Assembly: GCF_006345805.1 (NCBI RefSeq) | Contig: NW_021826686.1 | Span: forward strand, 1 to 12,189 | Origin: Octopus sinensis | Taxonomy: Eukaryota | DNA length: 12,189 bases | Direction: 5' to 3' | In this document: one piece after another, positions 1 through 8,069 of the stretch | Layout of the letters: every line of letters starts with the position of its first letter | Position numbering within the stretch: position 1 is the first letter of the stretch | Notes under the pieces: generated by a model | Database searches by the model: none | Told to the model about the DNA's origin: nothing | Seen by the model: the letters and a program-made list of their open reading frames with translations, nothing else | Program-made: the position numbers and the translations under genes

Positions 1-131
1 ACATACGTTTGTGAGTAAAGTGATACATTTATACATATACGTATGAATTCCTGCAGACATAAGCATTTCCAGCCAACCAGCTAGCCATCTGTACGACATA
101 CTTATGCACACTTACAAACATATATATATAT

Positions 132-490
132 GCGGACTCGCGGTCATAGGATCGCGGTTTCGATTCCCAGACCGGGCGTTGTGAGTGTTTATTGACCGAA
201 AACACCTAAAAAGGCTCCACGAGGCTCCGGCAGGGGATGGTGGTGATCTCTGCTGTACTCTTTCACCACAACTTTCTCTCACTCTTACTTCCTGTTTCTG
301 TTGTACCTGTATTTCAAGGGGCCGGCCTTGTCACTCTCTGTGTCACGCTGAATATCCCCGAGAAAACTACGTTAATGGTGCACGTGTCTGTGGAGTGCTC
401 AGCCACTTACACGTTAATTTCACGAGCAGGCTGTCCGTTGATTGGATCAGCCGGGAACCCTCATCGTCGTAACCGACGGAGTGCTTCCAA
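132..490 (+). mobile_element. tRNA-derived SINE, unclassified family, 5'-truncated (A box missing)
   Basis: Begins with a tRNA 3'-half-like stretch GCGGACTCGCGGTCATAGGATCGCGGTTTCGATTCCCAGACCGGGCG, with a B-box-like GGTTTCGATTCC at 156-167. About 310 bp of complex, more GC-rich body follows. Both sides are (TA)n tracts. Confidence 0.65.
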
Positions 491-491
491 A

Positions 492-640
492 ATATATATA
501 TATATATATATAATGCATACATACATATAAACACACATATATCTACATACATAATGCAAACATAATTTATACAGACATGCATAAATACATACATGCACAC
601 ATACTCGATCGTACACACATACATGCATGCATACATAATC
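492..640. repeat. (TA)n followed by degenerate (CA/TA/ATAC)n microsatellite
   Basis: Read directly from the sequence; source of spurious ORFs 367..636 and 461..652. Confidence 0.9.
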
Positions 641-1140
641 AGCCAATTCCATACTTAACTGGTTTGTGATTTCATCATTAAAGAAAGCGACAATAAATCG
701 TTGCTTTCAGACTACAGCTTCTGTGTTATCTACAAACACTAAAAGGGTATTGGTTGGCTGAACCGAGTAATTAATTAGCACCTAATTACACTCAGTATGT
801 CTAATTACACCCGGTCTGTCTACTAACTAATGGCACGTCTAGGAACGTCTTGATCAATCTTGGATGCAGAAAATTCCTGCATTGCAAACCAAGTGCGCTT
901 CTCTCAAGGGATTCGATTCTTTAACATTCGTATTGTGTCCAAGCTGTTTATAGCTGCCATAATTGATAATAGAAATAATTCTAATCAGGCTTGTGGAAAC
1001 GTCGAATAGCAAGTGTTCTAACAGAGATTCTAACATAAGCACACGAAATCAGATTCGGAGGAGGAATGGTAAAGTGATTATATCAACACAAATCCAAGGC
1101 TGCTGATTTACTGTATCAGAGAACCTAAGCAGTAGACAAA

Positions 1141-1142
<2 letters not shown>

Positions 1143-1177
<35 letters not shown>
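1143..1177. repeat. (AT)n microsatellite
   Basis: Perfect AT run. Confidence 0.97.
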
Positions 1178-1178
<1 letters not shown>

Positions 1179-1440
1179 CGGGAAGCTTTATGAAAATAAA
1201 CAAAAGACGAAGGCAGGTGGAAACAAAACGAACAATTGTATTAGTATGGCGCTCAGGAAATATAAATAAAACAAGTCTTTAACGTTTCGAGCCTACGCTC
1301 TTCAACAGAAAGATACACAGAGAGAGAAAAAACACAGAAAGAAGGAGAGAAAAAAAATGCGTGCAGTAGCTAACGAATCAACATGGCGATCTGATTTCGG
1401 CCAGAGGTCAAAGATCAAACATGAGACGCGAGCGAGCGAA
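1178..1440 (-). mobile_element. Probable terminal-repeat (pLTR-like) remnant of a Penelope-like element
   Basis: Contains a minimal type I hammerhead motif of the PLE-associated type at 1276-1313, followed on the minus strand by a U-rich tract that runs into (TA)n. No RT or GIY-YIG coding sequence was found nearby. The right boundary is approximate. Confidence 0.45.
1276..1313 (-). ncRNA. Minimal type I hammerhead ribozyme-like motif with a variant core
   Basis: Minus strand reads UCUUU-CUGUUGA-A-GAGC GUAG GCUC-GAAA-C GU U-AAAGA. Stem I is 5 bp (UCUUU/AAAGA), stem II is 4 bp (GAGC/GCUC), and stem III is loopless and palindromic (ACGU). Deviations: A6>U in CUGANGA, an extra A after A9, and a GUU cleavage triplet. 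Confidence 0.65.
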
Positions 1441-1486
1441 ATAAGGGGAGATAATAGGGTTGATAAAAGGGTGAGGGACAGTAAAA

Positions 1487-1750
1487 GTGCGTGGGAGGGG
1501 TCTGGATGTGTGTATGTATAGGGTTGGTGTATGTATTAGTATGTAAAGGGGTGTGGTGTGTGGGTTGTGTGTGTATGAGAGAGTATTAGTGCGTAAGATT
1601 GGTTGGACGTGCGTATGTATGGGGTTGGTGTATGTATTAGTATGTATTAGTATGTATTACTACGTATTGGTATGTATAGGTATGTGTGTGTGTGTGTGAG
1701 AGAGTATAAGTGCGTATGCGGGGTCTGGACGTGTGTATGTATAGGGTTGG
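1487..1750. repeat. Degenerate minisatellite, about 100-120 bp period, about 2.4 units
   Basis: Units start with GTGCGT at 1487, 1589 and 1710. All three carry GGAYGTGYGTATGTATRGGGTTGG; the first two end in GTGAGAGAGTATWA/ATGAGAGAGTATWA. Confidence 0.8.
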
Positions 1751-1751
1751 G

Positions 1752-1792
<41 letters not shown>
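1751..1792. repeat. (AT)n(TG)n microsatellite
   Basis: Read directly from the sequence. Confidence 0.95.
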
Positions 1793-1800
<8 letters not shown>

Positions 1801-2050
1801 ATATAAAAATTATATATAAAAATACAAAATGGGACAAGAACGCAAAACATTCAAATAGACGATACGAAAACGGACGTGTCAATCGAACCCTCTAATCTTC
1901 AGTCAAGAACCGGATCATCCTCGCAATTTCGACTGATTATATATATATAAGCAAAATAGCTAGTTATAGAATCTCCTATTCTCCGCCAGCTGGTTATCGG
2001 TGCAACATTCTGCACCCTTTATAAACAAGATATTGCTCAGAGGAGCGGGG

Positions 2051-2134
2051 CGAACGCTTACTAACCTCTCGCAGTTAACAGGCTTGCGAGACTGAATTAG
2101 TTTCGAGCTATTTGGCTGATCTTCAGTCGCGAGC
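2051..2134 (-). ncRNA. Degenerate type I hammerhead-like motif with extended stem III
   Basis: Minus strand has CUGAAGA (2126-2120), U, CAGC-caaaua-GCUC, GAAA (2104-2101), CUAA, an internal loop, a 7-bp helix UCUCGCA/UGCGAGA, UUAG-U-A. The core and stem III are canonical with a GUA triplet. Stem II opens with a C-C mismatch and stem I (CGC/GCG) is out of register. Confidence 0.4.
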
Positions 2135-2188
2135 ACCTGCACACCCGACCGATACCCAGAATCTGCCACCGTTAACAATGTAGAGTTT

Positions 2189-2327
2189 CACTGGTGCTTA
2201 ATTTATCGACCTCGAAAGGATGAAAGGTAAATTTGACCTCAGCGGAATTTGAACTCAGAAGGTAGGGAAGGGTGAAATATCACTAAGCGTTTCATTCGAC
2301 TCACTAACGATTCTACCAGCTCGCCGC
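2189..2327 (-). mobile_element. tRNA-derived SINE, family B (probably Ceph-domain type); head plus central domain, tail missing
   Basis: Reverse complement reads GCGGCGAGCTGGTAGAATCGTTAG...GAGTTCAAATTCCGCTGAGGTCAAATTTACCTTTCATCCTTTCGAGGTCGATAAATTAAGCACCAGT. It aligns with the copy at 11698-11830. A box TGGTAGAATCG, B box GAGTTCAAATTCC. The Ceph-SINE label is from memory and is unverified. Confidence 0.85.
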
Positions 2328-2329
2328 AC

Positions 2330-2330
<1 letters not shown>

Positions 2331-2395
<65 letters not shown>

Positions 2396-2516
2396 GTAAT
2401 AATGATAATGAGGATGATAATAATAATATAATGATAATAATAAAAATAATATATAATAATAATAAAATAATGATAATGATAATGATGATGATAATAATAA
2501 TAATAATAATATAATA

Positions 2517-2547
<31 letters not shown>

Positions 2548-2559
2548 TATAATAATAAT

Positions 2560-2594
<35 letters not shown>

Positions 2595-2615
2595 GATGTA
2601 ATAATAATATAATAA

Positions 2616-2664
<49 letters not shown>

Positions 2665-2775
2665 TAATAATAATAATAATGATAAGATAATGATAATAAT
2701 AATAATAATAATAAATATTAATAATAATAAAAAGATAATAATAATAATAATTAATAACATAATAATGATAATAAT

Positions 2776-2838
<63 letters not shown>
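2331..2838. repeat. (TAA)n/(TGA)n microsatellite, about 508 bp
   Basis: Perfect TAA at both ends and TAA/TGA mosaic in the middle; source of the poly-I/Y/H/L ORFs. Confidence 0.98.
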
Positions 2839-2839
<1 letters not shown>

Positions 2840-3650
2840 GGATTAAACTAAGCGCAAAAGAAATGAACAAAGAAAAATTCCAACAATGGCTGAGAAGCTC
2901 AGGACTAAAAGCAGAGACTGAAGGACTTTTAATTGCAGCACAAGAACAAGGTCTCCCCACCAGAAATTACCAAAAGCATAGAATGGAAAAAAAAAACATA
3001 AGTAACTGCAGAATATGTGGAGATGGACAAGAAACAATAAACCATATTGTCTCTAGCTGCTCAGTCCTGGCTAAGAAGGGATATATTCACAGACACGACA
3101 GAGTTGGGATCTATATACACTGGAAGCTATGCCAACACTGGAATAATAACAGAAAAAAGATGATATAGCTACACGCCAGAAAAGGTCACAGAAAATGAGA
3201 AAGCAACCATAATATGGGATATGCCAATACACACAGATAGAGAAATTAAGGCTAATACGCCGGATATAGTTGTCAGAGATCATTAAGGAAAACTTTTTAA
3301 TTGATGTATCAATACCAAACAGATGACAACGTTTCTCTAAAAGCAATGGAGAAACTTTCAAAATACAAAGACGTGGAAATAGAGGTAACTAAAAGCAGAA
3401 CGAATTCCTATCATAATAGGCTCATTAGATATGATTTTAAATATATTCAGACAAATACATAACAAAAACACCAGGATTAGCAAATATATGACATACAGAA
3501 AACATCACTACTAGGCACTGCACACATACTACGTAAGACACTTTCAATACAGTAACAATAAGAGCATCACAATAAACCACAGCACAATACCCAAGACACA
3601 CAGAGCTGCGCTCGATAGTGCAGTGAAAGCACATGATGAAAATAAGACTA

Positions 3651-3653
<3 letters not shown>
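2839..3653 (+). mobile_element. 5'-truncated, decayed R4/Dong-clade non-LTR retrotransposon (zinc knuckle, RLE endonuclease, 3' UTR)
   Basis: Translated across frameshifts and stops: WLRSSGLKAETEGLLIAAQEQ, CCHC knuckle CRICGDGQETINHIVSSC, RHDRV..IHWKLC, IIWDMPIHTDREIKANTPDIVVRD, FLIDVSIP, KAMEKLSKYKDVEIEV, PIIIGSL, IQKTSLLGTAHILRKTLSIQ* (stop 3553-3555). These are the PD-(D/E)xK RLE motifs typical of the R4 clade. The 3' UTR has a hairpin CTGCGCT-cgat-AGTGCAG at 3606-3623, then (AAT)n. Confidence 0.9.

Positions 3654-3734
<81 letters not shown>
3654..3734. repeat. (AAT)n microsatellite; tail or target site of the R4/Dong element
   Basis: Perfect AAT run. Confidence 0.97.
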
Positions 3735-4174
3735 CTGCTCAATACCACAGATTTGCTTGTCAGTTGTTTGACCTTAACCAGTTGAGCATGTCCCTTAGTG
3801 GCTGACAATATGTTCATCTCTGATCACGAGCAGAAGTAGTGGGGGAGCATCATAGCCATGTGTTTAGAGGATTCTTTGGGGTTTGAATAGTTCACCTCTG
3901 GAAACATGGGTGTTCTTTTTCAACTCCTTAAACAACCCTTATTCAGGGACCGCTTGAGCGGGATGGGTTACTCGACCTGAAGAAAATTCTAACTGGGCCC
4001 CACCTGCAAGGTCATGTGCTGGTTATCTTGATATGAGATCCCCATGTCGCGCACATATGGTTGTGATGCAAGTGCCTAGTGTACCCTTATCGGACGGGTA
4101 GTCATGATGGGTATATTGGGCTTCGTATATTTTACCCCAGTGTCACTTTGATGGCATGCTCTGCTCGCTCACTC
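3735..4174 (+). mobile_element. Unclassified non-coding interspersed element flanked by (AAT)n
   Basis: 440 bp of complex, GC-balanced sequence with sharp (AAT)n boundaries on both sides. No recognisable ORF, Pol III boxes or TIRs. It resembles a repeat I recall from octopus genomes (unverified). Strand is inferred from the (AAT)n tail. Confidence 0.55.
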
Positions 4175-4178
4175 AATA

Positions 4179-4210
<32 letters not shown>

Positions 4211-4259
4211 GATGATGATGATGATGATGAGGATGATGATGATGAAAATGATGATGATA

Positions 4260-4294
<35 letters not shown>

Positions 4295-4296
4295 AA
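4175..4296. repeat. (AAT)n grading into (GAT)n microsatellite
   Basis: Read directly from the sequence; source of the poly-N/D ORF 4079..4303. Confidence 0.97.
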
Positions 4297-4374
4297 CTCA
4301 TGACTGCTGATCTTAACTGATTGGAAGTGTTATCATGTACATTGGTGGTGGTGGTGGTGGAGGAGGAGGAGGAG

Positions 4375-4630
4375 GATATCAGAATGGAGTTCGGACTGAA
4401 AAAATTGTGGTGTGTTAGTCTTGAAGAGAGGCAAAATCAAATGTATGTACGGGTTACCGATACCGTCGGGGAAGTTTATGAAGCCGATAAAAGAGACGGC
4501 CCATAAGAACTTGGCGATATTGGAAGTGGATAAATTGATGGCGAAAGAAATGACAGAAAAATTTAAGGTGGAGTACTTGATCCTTAAGTCGAAATTAAAC
4601 GGCTGGAATAAGATTGAAGCTGTCAACACC
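4375..4630 (+). mobile_element. Decayed internal fragment of an R4-like non-LTR retrotransposon reverse transcriptase (C-terminal RT/thumb)
   Basis: With one frameshift near 4405: DIRMEFGLKK/GVLVLKRGKIKCMYGLPIPSGKFMKPIKETAHKNLAILEVDKLMAKEMTEKFKVEYLILKSKLNGWNKIEAVNT. This matches the R4-clade pattern DIgMeFGldKC..l.lkRGK...YkyLGilE...lkskLNg.NKi.AiNT. Confidence 0.85.
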
Positions 4631-4830
4631 GTCATCAATACCGCTGCTACTATGATTATCCTTGCGCTCTTCCCCAGTAGCCAATGTGGTACCTCGCAAC
4701 CCGGGGGTCCCACCGCTTTGTACCATCATATTAGAATTCTTACACTTTTGCTCCATAGAGTATATTGGCCAAGATACTGGGGTAGGTGGCCAGGTCTTTC
4801 CCCAGTCTAGAGCCGTTTAGCCAGCATACT

Positions 4831-4984
4831 TACCTATTTCTTTACTACCCACAAGGGGCTAAACACAGAGGGGACAAACAAGGACAGACAAACGGATTAA
4901 GTCGATTACCGACCCCAGTGCGTAACTGGTACTTAATTTATCGACCCCGAAAGGATGAAAGGCAAAGTCGACCTCGGCGGAATT
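4831..4984 (-). mobile_element. SINE family B, 5'-truncated at the B box, tail type 1
   Basis: The reverse complement matches 11765-11924 with about 6 substitutions and one 2-nt indel over about 150 bp by manual alignment, apart from a tail duplication in the other copy. Confidence 0.92.
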
Positions 4985-5080
4985 ACCATATGCCGTTGCC
5001 TCCTCCAGCACCACGGTGAGAACGGTTGGACTTTGAAGGGGTAGATAAGGAAAAGCACAAATTTATTGTCTGGAGATGCA

Positions 5081-5210
5081 CAAATACAAATACAAATACA
5101 CACACACACACACACACACACATACACACGTGTGTATAAATGTAAGTACATATTTATGTGTGTGTCTGCCTGTATCTGTGTGTGCATGCGTGTGTGTATG
5201 CGTGTCTTTG
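5081..5210. repeat. (ACAAAT)3, (CA)n and degenerate (TG)n
   Basis: Read directly from the sequence. Confidence 0.9.
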
Positions 5211-5401
5211 TGTGTTTGTCTCTGAGCGCTAAACGATCGGTGTTGCTCTGTTCACATACTTGTAACATAGCAGTTCGCTAAAAGGAAACCGATGCAATAA
5301 GTACCAGACTGAACCTGTTACTCTCCGATTTGCTGGAATGCGCCATTCAAGGGCGTTGCTCCAGCTTAGCCGCAGTCCGCTGACTGAGACAAATAAGAGG
5401 A
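5211..5401 (+). mobile_element. Old, degenerate 3' half of CORE-SINE family C
   Basis: GTAACATAGCAGTTCGCTAAAAGGAAACCGATGCAATAAGTACCAGACT and GGCGTTGCTCCAGCTTAGCCGCAGTCCGCTGACTGAGACAAATAAGAGGA align with 8312-8454 of the fuller copy. Confidence 0.75.
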
Positions 5402-5665
5402 CATACACACGCAGACGCACACACACCTACACACTCACACACACACTACCATCTATGTTTGTATATCTGTATCTATCTATCATCTATCTATCTATCTCTC
5501 TCTCTCTCTCTATATATATATAATATATATATAGTGTATGTATATTATATTATAGTGTGTATGTATATATCTTATAACTTTGACAGTAACAAGATGTACA
5601 TAAGTTGTGTGTGTATGTATGTATGTATTGTATATAATATATGTGTGTGTGTGCGTGTGTATGTT

Positions 5666-5699
<34 letters not shown>

Positions 5700-5700
5700 T
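5402..5700. repeat. Compound microsatellite (CA)n, (TATC)n, (TC)n, (TA)n, (TG)n
   Basis: Read directly from the sequence. Confidence 0.93.
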
Positions 5701-6160
5701 GATTAAATTTACATTTTGTTTCCTTTTAATGATGGGTAAACAAGGATTGAACTGTAAAGGTGTGTCAACAATTTATTGTAAACAGACTGTTTTATTGCAG
5801 ATATACAAATTAAAGATGAAAGCGGTTGAAATTAGCTATAAACCTCAGTCAGGTCCTCTCTCCCGCCACTAGCGCCATCACCGACCTTACACTGCCTGTC
5901 TTGCTAATGACACTCAGCAACAACACTGGTCTACTTCTACGAGTAATATTTTAGAGCCAATGCGGTAACTTGACATGCTTGAATTAGCAGCTAAATCACC
6001 ATCAAATGACACCGTAGTGTTTCAAGATATTGAAAAAAAAAAACAACAAAAAAAAGAGCACAAAATGTGAAAAAGAAACGGATGGAGCTGTTTCTGAAAT
6101 GGAAAATTACGTGTCCTTCCCGTCAAGAAGGTCTTTAATCAAGTTTGACCTGACGTTGAG

Positions 6161-6367
6161 CAACAACAACAACAACAACAACAACAACAGCTACTACTAC
6201 TACTACTACTACTACTACCACTATACTACTACCACTACTACTACTACTACTAGCTACACTACTACTATTGCTGCTGCTGCTGTGCTGTTGCTGCTGCTAC
6301 TTACTACTACTACTAACTACTACTACTACTGCTACTGCTGCTGCTCTGCTGTTGCTGTTGCGGTGTG

Positions 6368-6404
<37 letters not shown>

Positions 6405-6454
6405 CACACTACTACTACTACACTCTGCTGCTGCTGTCTGCGTTGCGGTTGCTG

Positions 6455-6490
<36 letters not shown>

Positions 6491-6540
6491 CACTACTACT
6501 ACTACTACTACTACTGCTGCTGCTGTTGCTGTTGCTGTTG

Positions 6541-6574
<34 letters not shown>

Positions 6575-6584
6575 CTACTACTAC
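6161..6584. repeat. Compound trinucleotide array (CAA)n-(CTA)n-(CTG)n-(TTGCTG)n
   Basis: Read directly from the sequence; source of ORFs 6030..6611, 6268..6648, 6297..6575 and 6365..6727. Confidence 0.97.
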
Positions 6585-6660
6585 CTTCTTTCATTGCGCG
6601 CCTTTTCATGAAATTAGGGTTAAGTTCCAGTATTCTGGGCCCTATTGAAAAGACAGCGAG

Positions 6661-6740
6661 AGGGAGAGAGAGAGAGAGAGGAAGGAAGGGGGGGAGAGAG
6701 AGAGAGAGAGAGAGGGCAAGAAACTAATTATGTATTACCG

Positions 6741-6777
<37 letters not shown>

Positions 6778-6845
6778 GCTACTGCTACTGCTACTGCTAC
6801 CGCTACTGCTGTGGCTGTTGCTGCTGCTGCTGCTACTACCACTAC
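6661..6845. repeat. (GA)n purine tract plus (CTA)n/(CTG)n array
   Basis: GA-rich at 6661-6714; trinucleotide array at 6741-6845. Confidence 0.93.
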
Positions 6846-6849
6846 TTGC

Positions 6850-7010
6850 TTGTAACGTAAGATCTGAAACTTTTGGGAGTGGGTTAGTCGAGTAAATCGA
6901 CCCCATACTTATCAGGTACTTCCTTTTATAAACCACCCCATCTCCCGGAGAGTTAAAAGCGGGATAAAACTGGGCAGGATTTGAACTCAGAATGTAAAGA
7001 GCCAGAACAA
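6850..7010 (-). mobile_element. Degenerate SINE family B, tail type 2
   Basis: Reverse complement reads CTCTTTACATTCTGAGTTCAAATCCTGCC...TATGGGGTCGATTTACTCGACTAACCCACTCCCAAAAGTTTCAGATCTT and aligns with 11935-12075. Confidence 0.78.
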
Positions 7011-7211
7011 ACACAATCTATTTTCATAAGAAACTGTCGCGCAATGGCGAGATGTCCGCGTTTTGCAGTTCGCCACAAAAAGGTTTAGGGAACAATTTTA
7101 AAACTGAAAAAATCATCAATACCGCATTAAAGATTGAGATAACAATAAATTCTGATTGTTTTCATAATATCATTTTATAACATTTTTACATGTAGTATAT
7201 TTATTTTTTAA

Positions 7212-7605
7212 CTTTAATTTGTTTCAGTTGTTGATCTGCGGCCATGCTGAGGAGACCGCCTTGAAATGTTTTAGTAAAACAAATTGACCTTAGTACTTAT
7301 TTCTTAAAGCCTGATGTTTATCCTGTCGATTTCTTTTGCCTAATCCCTAGTTTACGGGGCATAAACAAACCAACACCGGTTGTCGAGTGGTAGGAAACAG
7401 GCACTAACACAAAGGCACACTTACACACATACACACACACATATGCACAAGTATATTTGCACACATATACGGCGGATTTCTTTCTGTTCCCGCCTTACCA
7501 AATCGACTCACAAGGACTGGAGTTATAGTAAAAGACCGACTGGGACTGAACCCAGGGCCATGTGGTTGGGAAGCAAGCTTCTTACCACACAGTCATGCCT
7601 GCGCC
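7212..7605 (-). mobile_element. CORE-SINE family C copy with an internal deletion in the CORE region
   Basis: The reverse complement begins GGCGCAGGCATGACTGTGTGGTAAGAAGCTTGCTTCCCAACCACATGGCCCTGGGTTCAGTCCCA and ends CAGCATGGCCGCAGATCAACAACTGAAACAAATTAAAG. It is colinear with 8070-8464 but lacks GCATCTTGGGCAAG. Confidence 0.9.
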
Positions 7606-8069
7606 TAAAAAAAAACAGATGAATCGCTGGCAAAGATGTGTGTTTAATTTAAGTTTGTATTCTGCTCTTATTCTAAGGTTCCGTAAATATTCTTCTAAGT
7701 TTTCGTTGACATCTACGTAAAAATTGTAGTATTGTCAACTCTTATTTTTGCTATACATATGTATAATTATATTGAACGCTGCATTATAAATGAGTAGCCA
7801 TGGCTTCTCATTGTCAATTCATGGTCAACCGGCGTGAAAATGTAGTACTTTTGTGTTCAATATTTGACTCATTAAATTTACAGCTTGCATGTTTCTGTAT
7901 TCCATTGCTTGTCTGAAATATGTTGTATGCTTTAACAGTTTTGTAGATTCGTGTTAATAAGGAAATTTTTTCTGATGATTTTATAATCTATTCTATGAAT
8001 CTGTAGTAATTGTGCTAAAACTTCTGAGTTTTAGATGTGTTTTATGAGTTTTTAATTATATATATATAC

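Noticed and set aside
132-177. Possible tRNA gene
   Set aside because: Lacks the 5' half and acceptor stem and continues into a SINE body. The same applies to the heads at 2327, 7605, 8070 and 11698.
185-530. Two ORFs of about 95 aa
   Set aside because: They lie within a SINE body and run into (TA)n; no protein similarity is recognised.
660-1140. Unique stretch tested for Penelope RT/GIY-YIG or Tc1 transposase remnants; small repeats (CTAATTACAC x2) and a hairpin near 683-706
   Set aside because: No diagnostic protein motif or TIR found in the frames examined; the short repeats are within chance expectation.
1873-1902. Third hammerhead-like string on the minus strand (CUGAAGA-15 nt-GACAC-GUC), sharing ATCTTCAGTC with 2119-2128
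   Set aside because: GAAA is GACA, and neither stem I nor stem II pairs. At best a heavily decayed relic.
2239-2960. Poly-I/Y/H/L ORFs
   Set aside because: Translations of the (TAA)/(TGA) microsatellite.
5786-5872. Acceptor-like TTTTTATTGCAG followed by a short open frame
   Set aside because: No convincing donor, stops in all frames within about 70 nt, and no recognisable peptide.
6030-7014. Overlapping poly-T/Y/L/S/C ORFs
   Set aside because: Translations of trinucleotide arrays.
7076-7097. AAAAAGGTTTAGGGAAC, resembling a hAT/Charlie MITE terminus
   Set aside because: Degenerate, with no matching opposite TIR or 8-bp TSD found.
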